From assembly GCA_018400815.1 (NCBI GenBank), contig JAGYLS010000044.1, positions 1 through 13,823 on the forward strand: a stretch of DNA of 13,823 bases, written 5' to 3'. Shown piece by piece: positions 6,391-13,823 of the stretch. The position numbers were made by a program, and so were the translations under genes. The first letter of the stretch is position 1. Each line of letters opens with the position of its first letter. Source of the stretch: Candidatus Oleincola secundus (lineage in GTDB: Bacteria; Atribacterota; Phoenicimicrobiia; Phoenicimicrobiales; Stramentimicrobiaceae). The notes under the pieces are model-generated. The model did no database searches. It was given only the letters and a program-made list of their open reading frames with translations, and was not told where the DNA came from.

Positions 6391-7857
6391 TTATGTTAAT
6401 TTTTTTACTGTTCGCTCTAAACACCGAATGTTTTGTTCTTTTCCCAATACCTCCATCAAGGCGAATAAACTTGGTCCCACTTTTTTACCTGAAAGAGAGA
6501 CTCTAGTAGGATGAATAATCTGCTTCCCTTTTAAATTCATTTCCCCGGCAATATCTCTTACCACCTGCTCAATATTTTCTTCTGTCCATTGGTTTAATTG
6601 ACTCAATCTATTTGCCAACTCACCCAACGTTTCTTTGACACCTTCCTGCTCAAGTACCTTAGCAGCATCATCTTCAACCTTAAAATTATCGCTAAAAAAA
6701 TAATCTGCATATTCTAAAAATTGCCTGAAATTCCTTACCCTGCTTTTCATAAGAGAAACTACTTTTTTTAACCACTTAAATTGTTCATCACTTATCGAGC
6801 TATCCATAAAATCAACTTCCTGCAAATATGGCAATAACATTTTGGCATATTTTTCTTCAGGCATGTTTTTTAAATATTCACCATTAAACCAATTTAATTT
6901 TTCCATATCAAATATAGCCGAATGACTGGATACTTTATCCAAGGTAAAGCCTTTAACTAGTTTATCAATGGAAAATAATTCCTGGTTGGTTCCTGATGAC
7001 CAACCCAAATGGGCAATATAATTTACAACTGCTTCGGGTAGGAAACCCATTCTTTTATATTCCATAACCGATGTTGCCCCATGACGTTTACTCAATCGCG
7101 TGTTATCCGGTCCCATAATCATAGGTATATGGGCAAAATCCGGAATATCTTCTTCTAATGCCTGGTAAATAACAATTTGCTTGGGTGTATTTGAAATATG
7201 ATCATCACCACGCATAACTAATGATATTTTCATTAAAATATCATCAATAACTACGGCAAAATTATAGGTCGGAATTCCGTCTGACTTGATAATGACAAAA
7301 TCCGTGAGAAGTCGGCTATCAAAATCCATTTTCCCTTTTATCAAATCATTTACAACAATTTGATCCCCAGGCATTTTCAGCCGTATTGCCGGTTTTCTGC
7401 CTTCTTCTTCGAATTTTCTTTTTTCGGATTCAGTTAAATTCAGACATTTCCGGTCATACAAAGCATTTCCACCCTTAGCTAATTGCCTTTTACGCCTCTC
7501 TTCCAATTCATCAGCAGTACAGTAACAGTAATATGCCTTACCATCTGCTAAAAGCTTAGCAGTATACTTTTGGTAGATATGAAGCCTTTGCATTTGGAAA
7601 TAAGGACCATATTCTCCACCTTTCTCAGGCCCTTCATCCCAATCAAGACCAAGCCATTTCATGCCATCCAAGATAGCGTTAACAGCCTCCGGCGTTGACC
7701 TCAATTTGTCCGTATCTTCGATTCTCAAAATAAATGTGCCACCATAATGTCTGGCATAAAGCCAATTAAATAATGCTGTTCTTGCTCCCCCGATATGTAA
7801 ATATCCTGTTGGACTAGGAGCAAATCTTACCCGTATTTTTTTATTATTACTTTCCAT
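6391..7857 (-). CDS. gltX: Glutamate--tRNA ligase
   Basis: RVRFAPSPTGYLHIGG (HIGH), LRIEDTD, CYC..YDRKC zinc-site pattern, PTYNFAVVIDD, RGDDH, RLSKR (KMSKS) and a full anticodon-binding domain. GGAGG SD. Confidence 0.98.
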   Translation of the reverse strand: MESNNKKIRVRFAPSPTGYLHIGGARTALFNWLYARHYGGTFILRIEDTDKLRSTPEAVNAILDGMKWLGLDWDEGPEKGGEYGPYFQMQRLHIYQKYTAKLLADGKAYYCYCTADELEERRKRQLAKGGNALYDRKCLNLTESEKRKFEEEGRKPAIRLKMPGDQIVVNDLIKGKMDFDSRLLTDFVIIKSDGIPTYNFAVVIDDILMKISLVMRGDDHISNTPKQIVIYQALEEDIPDFAHIPMIMGPDNTRLSKRHGATSVMEYKRMGFLPEAVVNYIAHLGWSSGTNQELFSIDKLVKGFTLDKVSSHSAIFDMEKLNWFNGEYLKNMPEEKYAKMLLPYLQEVDFMDSSISDEQFKWLKKVVSLMKSRVRNFRQFLEYADYFFSDNFKVEDDAAKVLEQEGVKETLGELANRLSQLNQWTEENIEQVVRDIAGEMNLKGKQIIHPTRVSLSGKKVGPSLFALMEVLGKEQNIRCLERTVKKLT

Positions 7858-7934
7858 GCTTCCTCCAAAGATGATATTTGGTTAAACTAACTTTTTTACA
7901 TTTAATCTAAAACATATTCCATATATTGCTCTAA

Positions 7935-7985
7935 TAAATATCGCACCCGCAAAGCGGGTGGCTTTAAGAACCTCTAAAGAAGTTT
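7935..7985 (-). mobile_element. Double hairpin resembling an orphan IS200/IS605-family end; may also act as a terminator or stabiliser
   Basis: GC-rich hairpin CACCCGC-AAA-GCGGGTG (7944-7960) flanked by TAAATATC and GCTTTA, plus a second imperfect hairpin AACCTCT-AA-AGAAGTT (7969-7984). The family call rests on my recollection of IS200-type ends, not a search. Confidence 0.5.
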
Positions 7986-8034
7986 AACTTTTTATCACTT
8001 TTTAGCTCTTTTTCTTTCGATTTTTTATTTATAT

Positions 8035-8976
8035 TTATTCCAGTAATTCCTCTAATTTTACAATTTCAACCCCTTCTGCCTCTAATATTATATCTAATTC
8101 ATTCAATACATCAATAGTGTTGCAGTAGGGATGTCCTATTGCGATAGCGCTTCCATTTCTTATAGCAAACTCCTTCAATAAGCTAACCTGGTTGCGTATA
8201 TAATCTACATCCTGTTCATTATCAAGAAAAACAGAACGGAAGGCAGTCTTAATTCCCAGTTCCTTACTCAATTTATAGCCAACAGAATCAGGACTGGTCA
8301 TACTATCAATAAAAAATATATCTCTTCCCTTAATTTCATCTAATACAATCCTCATAATTTCTTTATTTTCAGTTACTTTTGAGCCCATGTGATTATTAAC
8401 ACCATCCGCCTCCGGAAATTCAAGCAAATTGGCTAGCATTTTATTTCTTATCTCTTCCTCATTCATGGTAGAAAAGATTGCACCCTTACCTGGATTAACA
8501 TTTGAATTATGAGGTTCCATAGGTAAATGTAATAAGACAGTCATTCCCTTCTCTTTTGCCATTTTTGCAACAAGTTGTGAATCAGAAAGAAAAGGCAAAA
8601 CGGAAATAGCAACAGGAAAATTCAGATTTAAAATACGTTCAGCAATTTCTTGCTGATAGCCTAGATCATCTATGATAATTGCTACTTTTGGATTACCGCC
8701 TATAGTTATTCTTCTATCCTTCGTAAATTTATGAAATAATTGTGACTCTTCATCTTTTTTACTGAATATTTCATACAAAAACGGTACTTCTTTATCTTGA
8801 ATATCTTCTTCTTTTACCTTTGTTTCTTCAGAAATAACCCCTGGTCCGAGTGGTTTTCCATTCACCTTATTATTACTATCTAGATGTACAAATATCCCCA
8901 ATAATAATAAGAGAATCGCCGATAGCAGTATTGAAAAAGTGTAATTCCATAGTTTTTTATCCATCTTATCTCTCAT
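8035..8976 (-). CDS. Divergent polysaccharide deacetylase (YibQ/DUF610 family) with an N-terminal membrane anchor
   Basis: AIIIDDLG, LLHLPMEP, GVNNHMGS, FFIDS.T, RSVFLD and AIAIGHP. The ATG directly abuts the upstream TAG; the ATG at 8964 is an alternative start. Confidence 0.94.
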   Translation of the reverse strand: MRDKMDKKLWNYTFSILLSAILLLLLGIFVHLDSNNKVNGKPLGPGVISEETKVKEEDIQDKEVPFLYEIFSKKDEESQLFHKFTKDRRITIGGNPKVAIIIDDLGYQQEIAERILNLNFPVAISVLPFLSDSQLVAKMAKEKGMTVLLHLPMEPHNSNVNPGKGAIFSTMNEEEIRNKMLANLLEFPEADGVNNHMGSKVTENKEIMRIVLDEIKGRDIFFIDSMTSPDSVGYKLSKELGIKTAFRSVFLDNEQDVDYIRNQVSLLKEFAIRNGSAIAIGHPYCNTIDVLNELDIILEAEGVEIVKLEELLE

Positions 8977-10155
8977 CTAATTTTTATTTACAGTCTCTCT
9001 CTTTAATAATAAATCTACCGCTGCCTCGAGCTGAATATCATCTTCGACTTCTTTATCAATCGGAATGATAATATCGGGTTCAATACCAACATTATTAATA
9101 ACCCGGCCATTTGGTGTATAGTACTCAGAAGTTGAAACAATAACAGCAGAATCATCTGATAATGAATAGACTTGCTGAACCAATCCCTTGCCAAAAGTGG
9201 TTTCTCCTAATATTGTACCTCTATTCATATCCTGTATAGCTCCAGCAACAATTTCAGAAGCACTGGCACTTCCAATATTGACCAATAACACAAGTGGCCA
9301 ATCTGGATATTGATTACCATAAGAATCGTAATCTCTTATTACATTATTTCTGCTATTTATTCTGACAATATTTCCATCCTTAATAAATTGGCTGGCTACT
9401 TCTATTGCAGATTCCAGAAGTCCACCGGGATTATTTCTCAAGTCAACGATAATTCCTTCTAATGATTCTTTTTCAAAATCATTTAAAGCTTCCTTCAACT
9501 CGCTATCTGTATTAGCATTAAAGGTTGAAATTCGAATATAGCCAATCTTATCATCTTCCATTATTCTTTCCTTTACCGCTTCTATGGTAATTGTATCCCT
9601 GATAATTTCAATCTCTAACAATTCCTCTTCATTCTCTCTTTCAATGGTTAAAGTTACTGTGGTGCCTTTTTCTCCACGCAGTATATTGACAGCCTCATCT
9701 AGAGTCATGCCCTTGGTTGTTTCACCATCAATTTCCATAATATTATCTCCTGTTTTGACACCAGCTTGGTACGCAGGAGTATCTTCTATGGGAGAAATCA
9801 CTGTTAACTGTTCATCTACAATAGTTATAGTAATACCCAAACCATCAAAATGACCCATAAAAAGGTTCTCCTGTTCCCTTTGAAAACTTATCGGGTCCAA
9901 ATAACGTGAATAAGGATCATCAAGCTCTGATAACATCCCCTTTATTGCTCCTTGAGCTAAATTTTTAACATCAATATTCTTTTCAATATATTCACTTCTA
10001 ATAATACTAATTGCCTCGAAAAAAGGCTCTAAATCATTAAAAATGCTATCAGTCTGGCTTTCCGCTTTATTATTATATAAGGGGGCTATAAAAAATACAC
10101 CAGCCAATATAATAATCATTACTACATAAATTAATTTTCTCAAACTTTTTTTCAT
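8977..10155 (-). CDS. ctpA: S41A carboxyl-terminal processing protease (CtpA-like) with PDZ domain
   Basis: N-terminal hydrophobic segment, LDDPYS, PDZ region GLGI..ISPIEDTPA..AG, DLRNNPGGLL, catalytic SASASEI (Ser) and TFGKG (Lys). Confidence 0.95.
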   Translation of the reverse strand: MKKSLRKLIYVVMIIILAGVFFIAPLYNNKAESQTDSIFNDLEPFFEAISIIRSEYIEKNIDVKNLAQGAIKGMLSELDDPYSRYLDPISFQREQENLFMGHFDGLGITITIVDEQLTVISPIEDTPAYQAGVKTGDNIMEIDGETTKGMTLDEAVNILRGEKGTTVTLTIERENEEELLEIEIIRDTITIEAVKERIMEDDKIGYIRISTFNANTDSELKEALNDFEKESLEGIIVDLRNNPGGLLESAIEVASQFIKDGNIVRINSRNNVIRDYDSYGNQYPDWPLVLLVNIGSASASEIVAGAIQDMNRGTILGETTFGKGLVQQVYSLSDDSAVIVSTSEYYTPNGRVINNVGIEPDIIIPIDKEVEDDIQLEAAVDLLLKRETVNKN

Positions 10156-10221
10156 ATCACAAAACCACCTAATTCTTATCTATATTCGTTAAATAAATTA
10201 TTTGTACTTTTCAATCTAATC

Positions 10222-11460
10222 CTATAGCCAGTCAAATGGATTAACCGGTTTACCCTCAACTCTGACTTCAAAATGTAATCTAGGTGTTGGCACACCTCCA
10301 CTGGTACCTACTTGTCCTATTATCTGCCCTTTTGCCACTTGTTCATTCATCTTAATCAATACTTTGGAAAGATGGGCATATAAAGTTACTACATTACCTC
10401 CATGGTCTAAAATAATAATTTCTCCATATCCTTTAACATTTCCGATATAAATAACTGTTCCGAAAGAAGCTCCTCGAATTGCTTCACCCAGTGGTGCACT
10501 TATATCAATACCGGAATTGAATACATAGGTATTTAATTCCGGCTGCTTTTGTTGTCCATAATTGGAAATAATTGAACCCTTTAGAGGCAGTTGAAATATT
10601 CCTTTTTTTGGCTGTAAAGTTGGCTCTGTTCTTGCAGCTTCAGCCCCCGGCTGCTTTGACTGGGCCTGCTGTTGAGCCTGCTTGGCTTTTTCTCTCTCCT
10701 GACAAGCCAATTCAATAATTTCCATTATCTGGGCTGAAGATTTTTCTAATTCTTCCAATATGGCTAACTGCTTTTTCTTTTCTTCTTCTATCTTGGCTAT
10801 ATATTTATTTTTTGCTTCTGCCGATATTTCGATATTTTCTTTTTCTTTTGCAATCTCCTGTTCAAGCAATTTAGTAATTTCTTTTTTATTTTCCAAGCTG
10901 TCTTTCTGTTTTTTTACAAATTCAACTTGTTCTTTGACTTGTTTTATAATATCCGCATCATCTTTCAATATACATGCCAAATAACGATACCTGTTTAAAA
11001 ACTGTGAAAAATCCTTGCTTTCTAATAGGACAGACAGATATGTTATATTATTATATTTATAAAACTTTTTCAATCTGTTTTTTAAAATAATCAACTGTAA
11101 GTCCAATTTGTTTTGTTCTATTTCCAGCTCTTCTTCGAGCTTTTCTATCTGTTTTAAGGTATTGTTATAACTTGTTTTTGCTACCTGGAGTTCCTTTTCC
11201 GCTGTATTAAGCAGCTTCTCTATCTTTTCCAGGGATTTTTCATAATCAGTCTCTTCTTGCTTTAACCGCTCTAATTCCTGTTCAATAGCTTTTTTCCGCT
11301 GTTCAATCTGATTCAATTTTTCCTCTTGCTCCTCGATACTGATAGGTTGATCGGCAGCATTCCCCTTTTCAATATGCCAGAAAAAGCTAAGGATAAAAAT
11401 TATTATAATTAAAAAAATTAATATATGTTTTTTTTCTCTTATATCAAAATATTTTTTCAT
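10222..11460 (-). CDS. envC: EnvC-like murein hydrolase activator (signal/TM, long coiled coil, M23/LytM domain)
   Basis: E/K/Q-rich coiled coil, a Q/A/P linker and a LytM domain (NSGIDI, GYG, TLYAHL, RLHFEVR, PVNP). ATGA overlap with the ftsX stop. Confidence 0.88.
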   Translation of the reverse strand: MKKYFDIREKKHILIFLIIIIFILSFFWHIEKGNAADQPISIEEQEEKLNQIEQRKKAIEQELERLKQEETDYEKSLEKIEKLLNTAEKELQVAKTSYNNTLKQIEKLEEELEIEQNKLDLQLIILKNRLKKFYKYNNITYLSVLLESKDFSQFLNRYRYLACILKDDADIIKQVKEQVEFVKKQKDSLENKKEITKLLEQEIAKEKENIEISAEAKNKYIAKIEEEKKKQLAILEELEKSSAQIMEIIELACQEREKAKQAQQQAQSKQPGAEAARTEPTLQPKKGIFQLPLKGSIISNYGQQKQPELNTYVFNSGIDISAPLGEAIRGASFGTVIYIGNVKGYGEIIILDHGGNVVTLYAHLSKVLIKMNEQVAKGQIIGQVGTSGGVPTPRLHFEVRVEGKPVNPFDWL

Positions 11461-12344
11461 AATTCTTCATACCTTATTTTTCTGAGAGAAATCATGCTTC
11501 CGAAAATTCCAATAAAAACTCCTGATAATATAATTATTACTGCAATTCTTATTAGAATAATCTGATCTGAGGAAATGTTTAGAAAAGGAAGAATTATTCT
11601 AATCTTTTCCATATAATAAAGATAGCCTTTAATAAGTACAATAACCGCTAGAAAAGATGAAAACAATCCTTTTAAAAAACCCTCTATAATAAAAGGCCAA
11701 CGAATAAACCAACTAGTAGCTCCAACCAATGACATTATTTCTATCTCCTCATGCCTTGAATGGACACTTATTTTAATTACACTGACCATAATTAATACTG
11801 AAATAAAAATTAATAAAGATATTATTGCTAATCCAGTATTTCGTACAAAATCAAAAACTAATATCAAATTTTTGGTTAATTGACCACCATAATTTACTTC
11901 TTCAATTCCTTTATATTGATTTAATTGAAAGGCAATTTCTTCTAAAAAGTCTGTTTCAGTCACTAGAATTTCAATAGAAGCAGGCAAGGGATTTTCCGGA
12001 ATACCAGCCAACATATCTTCATGTTCAGATAAATCCTCTCTCAGCCTTTGAAAAGCTTCTTCTTTAGATATATATCGTACATCCTTAACTCCTTGCAACT
12101 CACTTGTGTCTTGAACTAATTTGTTAATATCTTCTTCCGAAATATCATCTTTCAAATAAGCAATTGCTACCAATTGTGATTCTATTTCATTCAGAAAAAG
12201 ATTAATATTAAGAGATATAAGAAGAAACATACCAACAATTATCAATGTAGCAGTTAAGCTTATTATAGTAGCAAAACTCATTATTCCATTTTTTTTGGTA
12301 CTCAGGAAAGCCTCTTTGATATAAAAAAACATATTTCTTAGCAT
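11457..12344 (-). CDS. ftsX: Cell division permease-like protein FtsX
   Basis: Four-TM layout, YISKEEA, NPLPASI, EIEIMSLVGATSWFIRWPFIIEG; directly after ftsE (TAGTAATG junction). Confidence 0.96.
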   Translation of the reverse strand: MLRNMFFYIKEAFLSTKKNGIMSFATIISLTATLIIVGMFLLISLNINLFLNEIESQLVAIAYLKDDISEEDINKLVQDTSELQGVKDVRYISKEEAFQRLREDLSEHEDMLAGIPENPLPASIEILVTETDFLEEIAFQLNQYKGIEEVNYGGQLTKNLILVFDFVRNTGLAIISLLIFISVLIMVSVIKISVHSRHEEIEIMSLVGATSWFIRWPFIIEGFLKGLFSSFLAVIVLIKGYLYYMEKIRIILPFLNISSDQIILIRIAVIIILSGVFIGIFGSMISLRKIRYEEL

Positions 12345-12346
12345 TA

Positions 12347-13024
12347 CTATGAATAGATTCCTTTCTGAGTATCAGAAGCAACTTCACCACGCTCTATTCT
12401 AACAACCCGCTTTTGTGCTTTATCTACCATCAACTTATCATGTGAAGCCATAATTACCGTTGTGCCCCAAATATTAATTTTAAACAACAATTTCATAATA
12501 TCCCAAGATGTTTCCGGGTCTAAATTACCAGTTGGTTCATCAGTCAACAATATCAGGGGATGGCTAACAACAGCCCTCGCTATACAAAGTTTTTGTTGTT
12601 CACCTCCTGAAAGCAAATGAGGATTTGTATTTTTTTTATGATAAAGCCCGATAATATTTAGAATATTATTAACTTCTTGCCTTATAATTGCATTTTTAGT
12701 ACCTACTACCCGTAAGCTAAATGCTACATTCTCAAATACATTTCGGTCGTAAAGAAGCTTAAAATCTTGAAATACAACACCAATTTCTCTTCTTAAATAT
12801 GGAACTAATGAAGTCTTTAATCTAGCCAAATTAACACCGTCAACAATAACTTGTCCTTTAGATGGAAGCATGCCACGATAAATTAATTTTAAGAAAGTTG
12901 TTTTACCGGCTCCCGTAGGCCCGACTAGAAAAACAAATTCTCCTTTCTTAATATGAATATTCACATCCCATAAAGCATGAATCTTATTGGGAAAAGTTTT
13001 AAAAACATGAAACATTCGAATCAA
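12347..13024 (-). CDS. ftsE: Cell division ATP-binding protein FtsE
   Basis: GEFVFLVGPTGAGKT, LRREIGVVFQDFKLL, LSGGEQQK, DEPTGNLDP and GTTVIMASHD. The TTG start overlaps the upstream TGA (TTGA). Confidence 0.96.
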   Translation of the reverse strand: MIRMFHVFKTFPNKIHALWDVNIHIKKGEFVFLVGPTGAGKTTFLKLIYRGMLPSKGQVIVDGVNLARLKTSLVPYLRREIGVVFQDFKLLYDRNVFENVAFSLRVVGTKNAIIRQEVNNILNIIGLYHKKNTNPHLLSGGEQQKLCIARAVVSHPLILLTDEPTGNLDPETSWDIMKLLFKINIWGTTVIMASHDKLMVDKAQKRVVRIERGEVASDTQKGIYS

Positions 13025-13823
13025 TTATTTGTCAATTCCTTTCTAAGACATTTTTGCGCAATAAATTGATAGAAAAGCTGAACATTAGAAAATGCTTCCC
13101 GTTCAAATTGTTCTTTTTTTAATTTTAAATTAGACTGAATCATCTCTCGGTTAGCTTCTATATATTTTAACTTATTATCAACATTTTTTACAGTTAATTG
13201 GTTTAGATTAATTAATAATTCAGGAAGTTCGAGCGAATGAACATAATATTTTACCTTAGGATCATAGTCTATCGCAATAAAAGGCTTGTTTGCTATAGTA
13301 GCAAAAATAATCGAATGAAGCCTCATGCCAATCATTAGTGAAAAATTCGAAATAAGGGATAATATTTCATCAGGATGCAATTCTTCTTCAATACATTTTG
13401 CTGTTGAAAACCTCATTTTTTTTATAATATCTTTCATAAGAGGCAAGTCAGTTCGAACCTGAAATGGAATAAAAAATAAATTTGCCTGGTATTTCTCAAT
13501 TAAATGATCTGATATCTCAGCATATTTTATTATTTTACTTTCATAATCCATCCCTACCTCTTTACAATTTCTAATTACCATAGCTATGTTCATGTTTTTG
13601 ACTGCTGTTCCCTGGGAATGCTCCAGGCTATATTTATCCTTGATTGCTTCGGGGACTTCTTTTCCCTTCAATAAAAAAGCGGTGTCAGCATTTACGATAA
13701 TTGGTTTATTTTTTTTAACACCCAATTTTTCCAGGAATATTTTAGATTGTTTATCCCTAACCATAATTATATTTGCACGGTTTAAAACCCATTTAATCAA
13801 TTTTTTATTGATATTCTTTTGTA
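13021..13823 (-). CDS. Polysaccharide pyruvyl transferase (CsaB/WcaK-like), 3' portion; starts beyond the right edge
   Basis: IMVRD..S, ADTAF, IPFQ...D, IGMRLHSIIFA and IDYDPKV. The frame stays open to the window end (QKNINKK precedes the ORF-track TTG), so 13800 is probably not the true start. Confidence 0.88.
   Translation of the reverse strand, partial: QKNINKKLIKWVLNRANIIMVRDKQSKIFLEKLGVKKNKPIIVNADTAFLLKGKEVPEAIKDKYSLEHSQGTAVKNMNIAMVIRNCKEVGMDYESKIIKYAEISDHLIEKYQANLFFIPFQVRTDLPLMKDIIKKMRFSTAKCIEEELHPDEILSLISNFSLMIGMRLHSIIFATIANKPFIAIDYDPKVKYYVHSLELPELLINLNQLTVKNVDNKLKYIEANREMIQSNLKLKKEQFEREAFSNVQLFYQFIAQKCLRKELTNN

Noticed and set aside
6303..6506. 67-aa hydrophobic plus-strand ORF
   Set aside because: It overlaps the gltX 3' end and the tRNA promoter in antisense and has no SD. 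Its hydrophobicity follows from T-rich DNA.
10650..10700. Q/A-rich low-complexity stretch (KAKQAQQQAQSKQ) as a repeat element
   Set aside because: An ordinary flexible linker between the coiled coil and the LytM domain; not a regular DNA repeat.
8850..10984. Plus-strand ORFs 8850-9068, 9584-9853 and 10760-10984
   Set aside because: Antisense to the deacetylase, ctpA and envC-like genes. The S/F/I-rich composition mirrors E/K-rich sense codons.
12208..12390. 60-aa alternative-frame minus-strand ORF across the ftsE/ftsX junction
   Set aside because: It lies almost entirely within two conserved genes that each have a normal stop and start; there is no sign of a frameshift fusion.
13030..13035. 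TTGACA near the ftsE start as an internal promoter
   Set aside because: No credible -10 at the right spacing, and the resulting start would lie inside ftsE.
1..13823. CRISPR array, prophage, defence system or alternative genetic code
   Set aside because: I saw no spaced direct repeats and no phage or defence genes. TAA, TAG and TGA all end conserved genes at the expected positions.

Overview
AT-rich bacterial chromosomal window in which every supportable gene lies on the minus strand. In transcription order (right to left) there are three blocks. (1) A tightly coupled cell-envelope/division operon: 3' part of a CsaB-like polysaccharide pyruvyl transferase, ftsE, ftsX, an EnvC-like coiled-coil/M23 protein with a degenerate active site, an S41 C-terminal processing protease and a YibQ-type divergent polysaccharide deacetylase. 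(2) gltX followed by tRNA-Gln(CTG), which has its own promoter and terminator. (3) An M19 (renal-type) dipeptidase followed by a peptide ABC transporter (A, B, C, D and the 5' end of F). Exported proteins have no lipobox, which suggests a diderm host; a low-GC lineage such as Atribacterota is my impression only. There is no integrase, intact transposase, CRISPR array or defence system, and the proteins belong to known families. The best leads are non-coding or contextual: an orphan 10-nt Shine-Dalgarno and an 18-bp stem-loop bracketing the binding-protein gene, a probable orphan IS200/IS605 end before gltX, a triple operator-like motif over the dipeptidase promoter, a possible D-amino-acid dipeptide salvage unit, and csaB coupled to ftsEX-envC-ctpA-yibQ.
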